A stretch of 64,000 bases of DNA from Macrostomum lignano (Eukaryota): the NCBI GenBank assembly GCA_002269645.1, contig NIVC01000016.1, positions 806,001 to 870,000 on the forward strand, read 5' to 3'. Below the pieces are notes generated by a model. It was not told the origin of the DNA, ran no database searches, and worked only from the letters and a program-made list of their open reading frames with translations. A program made the translations under genes and the position numbers. Numbering within the stretch: the stretch's first letter is position 1; the number at the start of each line of letters is the position of its first letter. Below are positions 1 to 11,380 of this stretch, piece by piece.

Positions 1-911
1 AGAAGAAAAATATGAAAAAGGAAAGGCGAGGGGCGACAGGCGGACAGGCGAGACAAAAGTGAGTAGACGGTAGGAGAGGAGAGAAGGGAGAGGAGAGAGA
101 AAAGAAGAGATAGGGAGAGGAGAGAGGAGAGGAGAGAAGGGAGAGGAGAGGAGAGGAGAGAAGGGAGAGGAGAGAGGAGAGGAGAGAAGGGAGAGGAGAG
201 AGGAGAGGAGAGAAGGGAGAGGAGAGAGGAGAGGAGAGAAGGGAGAGGAGAGAGGAGAGGAGAGAAGGGAGAGGAGAGAGGAGAGGAGAGAAGGGAGAGG
301 AGAGGAGAGGAGAGGAGAGAAGGGAGAGGAGAGGAGAGGAGAGAAGGGAGAGGAGAGAGGAGAGGAGAGAAGGGAGAGGAGAGAGGAGAGGAGAGAAGGG
401 AGAGGAGAGGAGAGGAGAGGAGAGAATGGAGAGGAGAGAGGAGAAGGAGAGAAGGGAGAGAAGAGGAGAGGAGAGAGGAGAGGAGAGAAGGGATAGGAGA
501 GAAGGTAGAGGAGAGAGGAGAAGGAGAGAAGGGAGAGAAGAGGAGAGGAGAGAGGAGAGGAGAGAAGGGAGAGGAGAGAAGGGAGAGGAGAGAGGAGAGG
601 AGAGAAGGGAGAGGAGAGAGGAGAGGAGAGAAGGGAGAGGAGAGAGGAGAAGGAGAGAAGGGAGAGAAGAGGAGAGGAGAGAGGAGAGGAGAGAAGGGAG
701 AGGAGAGAAGGGAGAGGAGAGGAGAGAAGGGAGAGGAGAGAGGAGAGGAGAGAAGGGAGAGGAGAGAGGAGAGAAGGGAGAGGAGAAAGGAGAGGAGGTT
801 AGAGAGAAGAGAGCTGAGAAGAGACCTTGAGCGGGCCACATTGCTATTGTGCAGTTTCAAAGAACCCGAGGGCCGGACAGAGAGGTTTTGGCCGAAGTTC
901 GCCGACCCCCT
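1..911. mobile_element. Right part of a hAT/Charlie-like MITE with internal (GGAGA)n microsatellite; left end outside window
   Basis: The flank at ~800-911 (GAGCTGAGAAGAG..CCTTGAGCGGGCC..ATTGCT.TTGTG.AGTTTCA) resembles 49805-49900. It ends in AGTTCGCCGACCCCCT, the reverse complement of a GGGGTCGGCGAACT TIR-like end. Confidence 0.6.
70..825. repeat. (GGAGA/GAGAAG)n purine microsatellite
   Basis: Directly visible; source of artefact ORF 426..830. Confidence 0.97.
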
Positions 912-1531
912 AAGGCAATAGAAGATAAGATATGCGATAGAAGTTGTTAAGCTGAGGAGCTGGGGGAGTCCAATGTTATTAGTCGGATTACCTCCTATTG
1001 TATCCACATCGCATCATTTTTCTGCATTGACTACAAAAGCATCCCAAATAGACCAAATACTCCAATTCACCTAATAATTGATCTCAAAGATAGATATTTC
1101 GGAGAACCTTTTATCGATAGGTAAGATGTGCTCATAAATTAAAAAAAAACAAGCAAATACGTGCAAGATAGATAGCAAAAGAAAGATAGAACACAATATA
1201 GCAACACATTAAAGATAGAAATAGCAATTAAACGATTACGATCCAAAGGAATAGAGAGAGAGGCTGGATCAATCACCATCATTGCCTCGCCAAAGATATT
1301 TTTGGCTTCATCATCACTGCTGAAGCTGGATAAAATGGGTAATAATTTCGGGAGTTAAAGCGTAGGTTTAAAAATATTTACATTCACGATATTAAATATT
1401 TTTCCTAACTGGAGTAACAATTGCAAGTTTAAATAAAAAACCGGCATTTTCCTGAATTTGAGGACTTTATTTTTATGATGCTTTAATTATATGAGTATCG
1501 TTAGTAACGAATTCGGATATTTTATTAGGAA

Positions 1532-1636
1532 TCACTTTGAGTCGATTACCTCTTCTTTGAGCTTGGCTGCGATGGCCCTGCGCATGGCCAGCTTCCGCTC
1601 GTCATCGGCGCTCCGCTTCGGCGGTCCCGAGTCCTC
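1532..1636 (-). CDS. CFAP36: CFAP36 exon 7 (last): EDSGPPKRSADDERKLAMRRAIAAKLKEEVIDSK*
   Basis: cctcag acceptor, TGA at 1534-1532, AATAAA at 1526-1521. C-terminus matches the CFAP36 family ...LAEKLKEEVI motif. Confidence 0.9.
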   Translation of the reverse strand, partial: EDSGPPKRSADDERKLAMRRAIAAKLKEEVIDSK

Positions 1637-1704
1637 CTGAGGAATGGCAAACCGGTTGTGAGACTGCGGAGCTTTTATCCTATCATGGCGACATTTTGGT
1701 ATAG

Positions 1705-2105
1705 CTCAGGGGCGATTTATTTGGTAGTTCAGGCCCGATTCAGTTGGTAGTTCAGGGGCGATTGATTTGGTAGTTCAGGGCCGATTTATTTGGTAGTTCA
1801 GGGCCGATTCATTTGGTAGTTCAGGGCCGATTTATTTGGTAGCTCAGGGCCGATTTATTTGGTAGTTCAGGGCCGATTCATTTGGTAGTTCAGGGCCGAT
1901 TTATTTGGTAGCTCAGGGCCGATTTATTTTGTAGTTCAGGCCCGATTCATTTGGTAGTTCAGGGCCGATTTATTTGGTAGCTCAGGGCCGATTCAGTTGG
2001 TAGTTCAGGGCCGATTCATTTGGTAGTTCAGGCCCGATTCATTTGGTAGTTCAGGCCCGATTCAGTTGGTAGTTCAGGGCCGATTTATTTGGTAGTTCAG
2101 GGGCG
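1705..2105. repeat. ~23-bp minisatellite (GCCGATTTATTTGGTAGTTCAGG) in CFAP36 intron 6
   Basis: About 17 tandem units visible. Confidence 0.95.
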
Positions 2106-2153
2106 ATCCAGGGATTCATTGTGATTTATTTGCCCCTATACGAAGAAACTCAC

Positions 2154-2342
2154 CGGCCGACCGGACATGGCCGAGCGGGCCGCCCTGGCGCTGGACGGCC
2201 GGTCCCGTCCGGCCGAACGCTCGTGCTTGGCCAGCTGAGCCTCCCGCTCCCGCTGCTTCATTGCCACCAGTTTGTCGCGCTGGTTGCGTAGAAACTCCTG
2301 ACGTTTCAGGATCTCCTCGTGCGACAGGCTGCTGAGTGACTC
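2154..2342 (-). CDS. CFAP36: CFAP36 exon 6: ESLSSLSHEEILKRQEFLRNQRDKLVAMKQRERE...GRP
   Basis: cacag/GTGAGT, 63 codons, phase 0-0. KRQEFLRNQRDKL matches the conserved KRQEYLKQQRDKL. Confidence 0.92.
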
Positions 2343-2548
2343 CTGTGGTGATTGGTGGGGGCGATAGGAATGACCAAGATATAGCCATGGTTGTATGCTT
2401 TATCGACGAACTCACATTCTCAATCTTCTCTACTCTATCCCGCTCTCAATAACTCAACTCCTCTCTTCGTTCTACCGTCCCTTCTCGACCTTACTGCCCC
2501 TTCCTCCTACTCAAAAAAGCATTTAAAAAGAAGCCAAGTGCCGCTCAC

Positions 2549-2815
2549 AGCCAACTCGGAGGCCGCTTTGCCGCGCTTGTCCGCGCCAGGCGCCGGCTTG
2601 TGTCGGTCCTCGCGATCCCCGGCGCCACCGCGGCTGCCTCGCGAGCCGCCACTACCGCTGGCCGCAGCAGCCGCCGACCCGACGCCCGACGGCAGGTAGA
2701 AATCATCCGGTCGTCCGGACGACGAAGAAGCATCGCTGCGCTGCTGCTGCCGGCGAGCTGCTGAGGAGCGCGACTGAGCCGGCGGTTCGTCTGATACGGC
2801 GAGTCGCTGGATTTC
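2549..2815 (-). CDS. CFAP36: CFAP36 exon 5, low-complexity linker (EIQRLAVSDEPP...KAASELA)
   Basis: tttccag/GTGAG, 89 open codons, phase 0-0, between confident exons. Confidence 0.8.
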
Positions 2816-2835
2816 CTGGAAATTGTTCGATGGCT

Positions 2836-2996
2836 TAGTAACTAACTAACTAACTAACTAACTGCCTGACTAACTAATTAACTAACTAACTAACTAACTG
2901 ACTGACTGACTGACTGACTGACTGACTGACTGACTGACTGACTGACTGACTGACTGACTGACTGACTGACTGACTGACTGACTGACTGACTGACTG

Positions 2997-3027
<31 letters not shown>

Positions 3028-3062
3028 GACTGACTGACTAACTAACTAACTAACTAACTAAC
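2836..3062. repeat. (CTAA)n/(CTGA)n compound microsatellite forming most of CFAP36 intron 4
   Basis: Directly visible. Confidence 0.97.
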
Positions 3063-3293
3063 TTTTTCCAGCCTAGCGTGCTCCAGGCGCTGTGCCTCCC
3101 CGATGGCCTCCGCCTCCTGCCGGCTGATCAGCGACTCTTCTGCAACAGTCCGTCTCCGTCTGGCGGCCTCCTCGCGCTCGAACTCCTGCTTGGACTGGCG
3201 CAGCACCATCGCCAGGATTTCGTCCTCGCTCTGCAGGTTGGGCTGCCCGGCTGGCGTCTGGACGCCCTGGCGTTGCAGGATCAGCAGCAGCGC
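3063..3293 (-). CDS. CFAP36: CFAP36 exon 4: ALLLILQRQG...EILAMVLRQSKQEFEREE...RLEK
   Basis: ctttcag/GTTAGT, 77 codons. ILAMVLRQSKQEF matches the family motif ILREVLRKSKEEY. Confidence 0.9.
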
Positions 3294-3515
3294 CTGAAAG
3301 TTGACGGTGTGTGTTGAACTGCCTTTTTATTCAAATGAAATTTATTTAAGTGGCGCAACCAGAATATTTTTAAATGGGGGGGGCGGATTCCGGAGGGTAA
3401 AGACCCACGGGGGCGGAGGGGGTGGCTCTATATTTAGCTAAAATGCGCTTGGTCCCCCTTTGATTTTTTTCAGGTCTCCGCCTAAAGGAGGGGGAGACCT
3501 TTACAAACGGCTGAC

Positions 3516-3713
3516 CTGCTCCTGCAGCTCGATGTTGCAGCGCTGCATCATGCGCACAAACAGCGGGTAGCTCTCTATGGCCAGCACCTGCTCGATGCCG
3601 CGAAAATATTCGCGAAAGTCGGATTGCACGCTGTCGATATCCTGCACGGCTTTGATCACCTGGTCGTGCGAGAGTTTCATGTCCTCGCGGAAGGCGTCCA
3701 GTATGGCCGTGAG
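3516..3713 (-). CDS. CFAP36: CFAP36 exon 3, BART-like domain: LTAILDAFREDM...VLAIESYPLFVRMMQRCNIELQEQ
   Basis: cgcag/GTCAG, 66 codons. Matches human [24 protein letters not shown], recalled from memory. Confidence 0.92.
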
Positions 3714-3807
3714 CTGCGATGAATTAGTTGGTCGGAGTTCTTAGAATTCTTGGCAACTTTCAAGTATTCAGATAACTGAGACGGACAATAAGCATTTGTG
3801 AACTCAC

Positions 3808-3872
3808 CACTTCAATGTACTCCTTATGAATGCGCTTGTATTCTGGACAATCTTCCGTGCCTGGATTGAAGC
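3808..3872 (-). CDS. CFAP36: CFAP36 exon 2: (C)FNPGTEDCPEYKRIHKEYIEV
   Basis: tttag/GTGAGT, phase 1-0. YKRIHKEY matches family YTEIHQEY. Confidence 0.9.
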
Positions 3873-4579
3873 CTAAATTAATAATTTTTTATGTCCAATT
3901 AACTTTTGTATTCATATGAAATGCAAAAAATTAATGAAAACAAAGTTAAAAAATAACAATTTTCAACTGTTAAATATTATCTTTTGATTGATTGGCAGCA
4001 TAAATTAGAGATTTTTTATGGCTAATAAGCTAAACAAAGTTCAACTTTGTTGAATAGTCAATGACTCAATTGGCATACTTTGACAGCAAAAATTAAAATT
4101 TCATATTTATTAAGATCTTGTATAAGTAGTTTGAATTGGTTTAAAACCATTGTAGTTATTTGAAGGGGCATTCTAATAATTCTAACAAAAATTTGACTTT
4201 TTGACTATATTTACTAATACAATGCAATGCAATTCTCTATCATTGGTCATTATTAGGATTATTGGTTAGGATATTTCATGCACATAAATAAAATAAAAGA
4301 GAAAAGTTCCTTAACCAACAGTGTTATTTCAAAATCTTTTAGGCTCAGCATTCAAGCGTCTAAAAATATAGATAGCACTGTATCTTATAAGATCATTTTA
4401 GTGGGATCATTGCATTGTTATGCTAATTGAAAGCAAATAGATTTTTTAAAATTCGCTTTTTATTCTTTGCATCCAATTCCTAATATAACTTTACACAGCT
4501 TCGTGTTTGCAAAACATCTTTATATTACATCATATTAAAAGTGATACATGCTGCTAGTGCTACTGCTGTTGTCACTTAC

Positions 4580-4676
4580 AAATGCATTTCTGTTCGCAGA
4601 AAGATATTACAGGAATCTGAAAAAACGGATGCTCTAAATATGAAATTAAATGATCAAAAATAGTTGGCTGCGTCAT
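4580..4676 (-). CDS. CFAP36: CFAP36 exon 1: MTQPTIFDHLISYLEHPFFQIPVISFCEQKCI
   Basis: ATG at 4676, GTAAGT donor in phase 1 compatible with exon 2. IPVISFCEQKC matches family IPILDFVEQKC. Confidence 0.9.
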
Positions 4677-5027
4677 CTCGAAAATTTAGTTTAGGAATGT
4701 TTTCTTTCAATACCTAACCTTTACAACTTTTTATTACTGATTTAATGGTCGCGTAAACAAAAATGCAAATAATCTAAGGACGCTTTTATACCGTTATAAC
4801 AAACTATTTAAACACTTTGTGACTAATATAGTTTATACTTAGAAGTAATTTGCTTAAAAATAAAACAATTAAAGAGCTTTCCCTCAAGATTTTCTTAATT
4901 AACCTACTTTACGTTATCGTTGGGCATTCCTCATCGAGCTGTTGGAAACTAACCTGACAAAGATTTTCTTTGAAAACTTATCAGCCAATTTTATTGGTAT
5001 TTTTTAATGCTTCGTATTTTGGTGCTG

Positions 5028-5042
5028 CTTGCTAAGGGAGAC
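5028..5042. promoter_or_regulatory. Imperfect RFX X-box-like motif (GTCTCC-CTT-AGCAAG on minus) ~350 bp upstream of the CFAP36 ATG
   Basis: Near match to GTNRCC-N0-3-RGYAAC with mismatches. Ciliary genes are typical RFX targets. Confidence 0.25.
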
Positions 5043-5887
5043 TTTTGCAGGTATTTCAATTAAATTGGGAAGCAATTTGCAAATCGATCTGCATGGTTTG
5101 TAAGAGCCTAAATGTACATGTAACCCCATATTATTAGGACGCAGAGGAGAGACCCTTGCGCGCTACGCGCTCGCAGAACTACCGGTACATGTAGTTAGCT
5201 GGGCAAGCATGTATACGTACATACATGGCGCCGGCCTTACTGACAATACCGGTACTATCAAGCTGAGAATGAAGATTTAAATATGTACATGTACATGTAC
5301 GACTTGGCGTTTTTAACTTTTAAATAAAGGTGGTTCATTATTCATTTTCTTTCATCGTCATATAATTAGGGTGCTGTATACATCATAAAATTTAGTTACT
5401 TATATCAAAACTTTAACTCAATAGCTCAATGCAGGGACACGATAAAACTTAATTATTAAAAAACAGCAATCTGACAGAATAACTTATGAAACGAAAATTT
5501 AAGGGTAAATGTTTGGGAAACAGTAGCATGCAAAGATAAGGATCATTGCAATAGTTTTCGTTATTAAATCTTCAGAACTGAATTCAACGATCTTTTTTTA
5601 GATGTCATCATTAATCTGTAACACTAGACCGAATATAAGATTAGAGAACACAATACTTCTACTTCAAGTAGCAGAAGTCAAATCTGTTAAACAAGCTAAA
5701 GATTGCACAATAAATTAATGAGTTCTCTCTGCTGCTGGATTCAAAAAATTGCATGCCTCATATTTTCAGCATACGAGAAATACTGGTAATAGCAGTGCTA
5801 CATGTAAGTCTGCAATGCTTGGTTAAAGCCAAATCTAGCATGGGAAGGGATGGGGAAAACAGAAACTGAGCCGGGTTTCCCCAGGAG

Positions 5888-6535
<648 letters not shown>

Positions 6536-7764
6536 CTATGAACTGCTGTGGCTGCAGTGAAGGTGTCAGCTAGACTGTACGAGTAAGATGGTTGGTGTCG
6601 AAGTCTTGGCCTCCAATGCCTGCCTGTCTTCAACTGAAGTAACTCAATCAGATATTTGCTCTTTAATCAGTACACTCATTGCTCCGATCCTGCTTCCGGC
6701 ATGCCAGATTTCAGTCATGATTCCTAATTTTGAGAAATTACAATCTGGAACAAAAGTATAACTGGCTTTTCTTCAACTAATTTTCCACTTTCTGCTCTTT
6801 CTCTGCAATTGCCGCAGCGCCCCCTTTGCCAATCTTCAAAGTTAACGAAGTCTCGGATCAGAGAGACAGAAGAAGAAGAAAGCAGACGGGAGGCAGAGCG
6901 CGGGTGCAGGTCATAACGGGCGGCACAAATTTCTGCAAGACCAAGATGCAACATTTCCGAGAAATTGGTAGCCAATTACTCCTTAGCCGAGTCGGTGGCT
7001 TCCCAGAGCCTGGGGATTATTATCCCCGGACTAATTGGGCAATCTGAGCTCTGCTTCCTTCTGGCTTTACTTTGCTCTGCTTTCGGCTCTGGTCGAAAAG
7101 GGGATCAACGGCAAAAAAGCTAAATAGGAGGAGATGACGAGGCGACTAGGAGAGATTTGTCCCAGCCTCAATCAGGGATAAATGCCACGCCTCGCGACTG
7201 CCCCAGACTCAGTCTATCTTCCCGAACCCAGGGGCAGAAAGCAAGATTACTCTGTTTAGCGAGCAGCGGCTGACAATAATAACTGGCCAGGACTACCGAG
7301 AAGTGGCCACGTGGCTCTGACTCAATTTCACGTGAGTAAATCGCATCCCTGCTCAGCCCCATTGTCGGCCGAGAGGTGTCGGTTTGGGAGGCCCGCTCGC
7401 TTGATTTGATAAGGCGTCAGTTGTTGAGTAGATTTTGTAAATCCGTTTATCCCAATGCCCCCCCCCTCAACTGACTGGCTAAAGCGATAACAAGTTGATG
7501 GCGGGGAGCCAATTTTGTTACAGGAATCTGCCGATTGCGAGCTGTGCTCTCCTCGAGTGCTGGGGAAACGGAATTCTTTCTTCCCGTTTTCAATGGGGAG
7601 GGGCTTTCAATCTTCCCAGCAGGGGAGAGAGCGGCGGTTACCTCCGATTGCGGGCCAATTCTGCTTGTTAGGTGGGGCAAAAAGAGATTAACAGCAAGGC
7701 TGGGATTGCGGGATTTTACTATCATTTTAACACCCAGTACCTATCTAGCTCAATTTAATTTGTG

Positions 7765-9068
7765 AGAGATTTATCCCAATCTACTTTAGTGTGTCAATGA
7801 TGGGAGATATATCCCAATCTATCTCAGTGTGTTAATGGTGGGAGATTTATCCCAATCTACCTCAATGTGTGCCAATCATTGAAGATTTATCCCAATCTAC
7901 CTTAGTGTGTCAATGATAGGATATTTATCCCAATCTACCTCAGTGTGCCAATGATGGGAGATTTATCCCAATCTACCTCAGTGTGTCACTGATGAGAGAT
8001 TTATCCCAATCTACCCCAGTATGTCACTGATGGGAGATTTATCCCAATCTACCTCAGTATGTCACTGATGGGAGATTTATCCCAATCTACCTCAATGTGT
8101 GCCAATCATGGAAGATTTATCCCAATCTACCTCAGTGTGTATCAATGATGGGAAATTTATCCCAATCTACCTCAGTGTGTCACTGATGAGAGATTTATCC
8201 CAATCTACCTCAATGTGTGCCAATCATGGAAGATTTATCCTAATCTACCTCAGTGTGTATCAATGATGGGATATTTATCCCAATCTATCTCAGTGTGTGT
8301 CAATGATGGGAAATTTATCCCAATCTACCTCAGTGTGACAATGATGGGATATTTATCCCAATCTATCTCAGTGTGTGTCAATGATGGGAAATTTATCCCA
8401 ATCTACCTCAGTGTGACAATGATGGGATATTTATCCCAATCTACCTTAGTGTGTGTCACTGATGGGAGATTTATCCCAATCTACCTCAGTGTGACGATAA
8501 TGGAAGATTTATCCCAATCTACCTCAGTGTGTCCATGATGGGAGATTTATCCCAATCTACCCCAGTATGTCACTGATGGGAGATTTATCCCAATCTACCC
8601 CAGTATGTCACTGATGGGAGATTTATCCCAATCTACCTCAATAATGTGACAATGACGGGAGATTTATCCCAATCTACTTCAGTGTGACAATGATGGGAGA
8701 TTTATCCCAATCTACCCCAATATGTCACTGATGGGAGATTTATCCCAATCTACCTTAGTGTGTCAATGATAGAAGATTTATCCCAATCTACCTTAGTGTG
8801 TATCAATGATGGGATATTTATCCCAATCTATCTCAGTGTGTGTCAATGATGGGATATTTATCCCAATCTATCTCAGTGTGTGTCAATGATGGGAAATTTA
8901 TCCCAATCTACCTCAGTGTGTGTCACTGATGGGTGATTTATCCCAATCTACCTCAGTGTGTGTCAATGATGGGAGATTTATCCCAATCTACCTCAGTGTG
9001 TGTCACTGATGGGAGATTTATCCCAATCTACCTCAGTGTGTGTCAATGATGGGAGATTTATCCCAATT
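7765..9068. repeat. ~39-42-bp minisatellite (GATGGGAGATTTATCCCAATCTACCTCAGTGTGTCAAT) in the Bsx intron
   Basis: About 30 tandem units; ends ~15 nt from the Bsx exon-1 donor. Confidence 0.96.
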
Positions 9069-9082
9069 TTATCCCAGCTTAC

Positions 9083-9371
9083 CGCCGCCGGGCAGGAAGA
9101 AGGCGGCCGAGTCGCACTTGTAGGCGCCGCTCAGGGGCGGCAGAAGCGGCGGGTAGGGGAAGCCGGCGGCAAAGTCAAACGGCATTCTGGGAGTCGACGG
9201 CAGCGGCGGCGGCGGCGGCGGCGGCTGGTGCTGCAGTCCAGTCGCGAGCATCCCCGACAGCTCCGCCGAAATCGCCGACGACGTGGAGGACTTGACAGGC
9301 GACGCCGTGTCCTTCAGCAGGTTGTCGATCTTGAACGCGCTGCCGAGGATCTGCTGCTTCTGCGCGGTCAT
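9083..9371 (-). CDS. Bsx: Bsx exon 1: MTAQKQQILGSAFKIDNLL...FFLPGG, with eh1-like motif and poly-Pro
   Basis: FKIDNLL is an eh1/TN-type motif typical of NK-class N-termini. G/GTAAG phase-1 donor joins exon 2 in frame. The start Met is inferred. Confidence 0.82.
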
Positions 9372-9667
9372 GCTGCTTCTGCTCCTGTGGATTTCTTGAC
9401 AGAAATAAAAGCAGAAATTGGTGTTGCTTTTAGCTGGCAAGAGAAAATTGCCGCTTTAGTTTTAATATCGCGGACTCGAGCCGACTCGAACAGCTCAAGA
9501 ATCCTCCCCCCCCCAGTCCCTTCTCATCCTCTGCTACCCAATCAGGGAAGAGACTGCGGGCTTGATTGGCGCGGGGCAGAGCGGCCTGGGGAACTGCTCG
9601 AATCAGTTTTTGATTGTTCGACATTGTGCGCTCTGAGATATGGGGACTGCGTGTGCGAGCAGTGATC

Positions 9668-10055
9668 CAGATGGGATTCCAGGGGTCTAGATGGGATTCC
9701 AGGGGTCTAGGGATTCCAGGGGTCTATATGGGATTCTAGGGGTCTAGATGGGATTCCAGGGGTCTAGATGGGATTCCAGGGGTCTATATGGGATTCTAGG
9801 GGTCTAGATGGGATTCTAGGGGTCTATATGGGATTCTAGGGGTCTAGATGGGATTCTAGGGGTCTATATGGGATTCTAGGGGTCTAGATGGGATTCCAGG
9901 GGTCTAGATGGGATTCTAGGGGTCTAGATGGGATTCTAGGGGTCTATATGGGATTCTAGGGGTCTAGATGGGATTCTAGGGGTCTATATGGGATTCCAGG
10001 GGTCTATATGGGATTCCAGGGCGTCTTGATGGGATTCCAGGGGTCTAGATGAGAT
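9668..10055. repeat. 20-bp minisatellite (GATGGGATTCTAGGGGTCTA)
   Basis: About 19 units. Confidence 0.95.
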
Positions 10056-10167
10056 CTCAAGGGCCTAAATGAGATCCCAAGGGTCTAGGTAAATCTAGAA
10101 AAGATTATAATAAAAAAACGAGTTCATGCTTCAAAAGTTCGAGTTTTTAGAATTAAACCTAAGAAGG

Positions 10168-10460
10168 ATCTAGATATGGGATCTGAGAATCTATACATGG
10201 TATCTGAGAATCTAGACATGGGATCTGAGAATCTAGACATGGTATCTGAGAATCTAGATATGGTATCTGAGAATCTAGATATGGGATCTGAGAATCTAGA
10301 TATGGGATCTGAGAATCTAGATATGGGATCTGAGAATCTAGATATGGTATCTGAGAATCTAGATATGGGATCTGAGAATCTAGATATTGGGTTTGAGAAT
10401 CTAGATGTGAGATTTGAGAATCTAGATGTGAGATTTAAGAATCTAGATATGGGATTTGAG
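10168..10460. repeat. 21-bp minisatellite (GATATGGGATCTGAGAATCTA)
   Basis: About 14 units. Confidence 0.95.
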
Positions 10461-11000
10461 AATGGATTTGAGCTGTAGTCAGGAGCGCAAGAAAATGAGC
10501 AGACTTAAGCCGGTTAGTTACAAGTGGCTGGGTGGGTCTGAGTGAAAGTTAATTGGAGTCTTGAGAGGCCCTCTAGTCAGCTAAGCTGGCCACTTAACCC
10601 GGGTCTCCCCTCCACCCCACACCTTGCCAAAAGGCTTTGCCAAAATGAAACTCCCATTAGCCGCACGCCATCGCTTGTTAAATGGGATAAATCTCCCCCT
10701 TCTTAAATCAAACGTATAGCTGGGGCTTTCGTGATTCTTAACTTCTTCTTAATCTTAATTTTCGAGCCAGAAAGCTCGGTCTTGCTAATGGACCGAAATC
10801 GCAGCTCTTTCCTGCATCTGTCAGCTCGTCTTTTCGGGCCGGCGTCTCAGTGTGAAAGCAGTAAGACGAATCAATGCCATGCAATGTAGATTTTATAATT
10901 ATCACATAATTTTGTTTGTTTAAATGATTCAGAATGACATTCGAATTCGAATTTTTAAGATTAGTAGCATTTTCTTCACAGATTCGTCTGCGTGTTACGT

Positions 11001-11380
11001 TGCTTCTGGCTCTGCTTCTGGCTCTGCTTCTGGCTCTGCTTCTGGCTCTGCTTCTGGCTCTGCTTCTGGCTCTGCTTCTGGCTCTGCTTCTGGCTCTGCT
11101 TCTGGCTCTGCTTCTGGCTCTGCTTCTGGCTCTGCTTCTGGCTCTGCTTCTGGCTCTGCTTCTGGCTCTGCTTCTGGCTCTGCTTCTGGCTCTGCTTCTG
11201 GCTCTGCTTCTGGCTCTGCTTCTGGCTCTGCTTCTGGCTCTGCTTCTGGCTCTGCTTCTGGCTCTGCTTCTGGCTCTGCTTCTGGCTCTGCTTCTGGCTC
11301 TGCTTCTGGCTCTGCTTCTGGCTCTGCTTCTGGCTCTGCTTCTGGCTCTGCTTCTAGCTCTGCTTCTGGCTCTGCTTCTG
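11001..11380. repeat. 12-bp repeat (GCTTCTGGCTCT)n
   Basis: About 31 near-perfect units, open in several frames. Confidence 0.97.

Noticed and set aside
426-830. 134-aa Glu/Arg/Gly ORF
   Set aside because: Translation of a GA microsatellite inside a MITE.
2116-3317. ORFs 2116..2415, 2391..2699, 2545..2733, 3078..3317 and 3103..3297 as standalone genes
   Set aside because: They are wrong-frame, antisense or intron-extended readings of CFAP36 exons.
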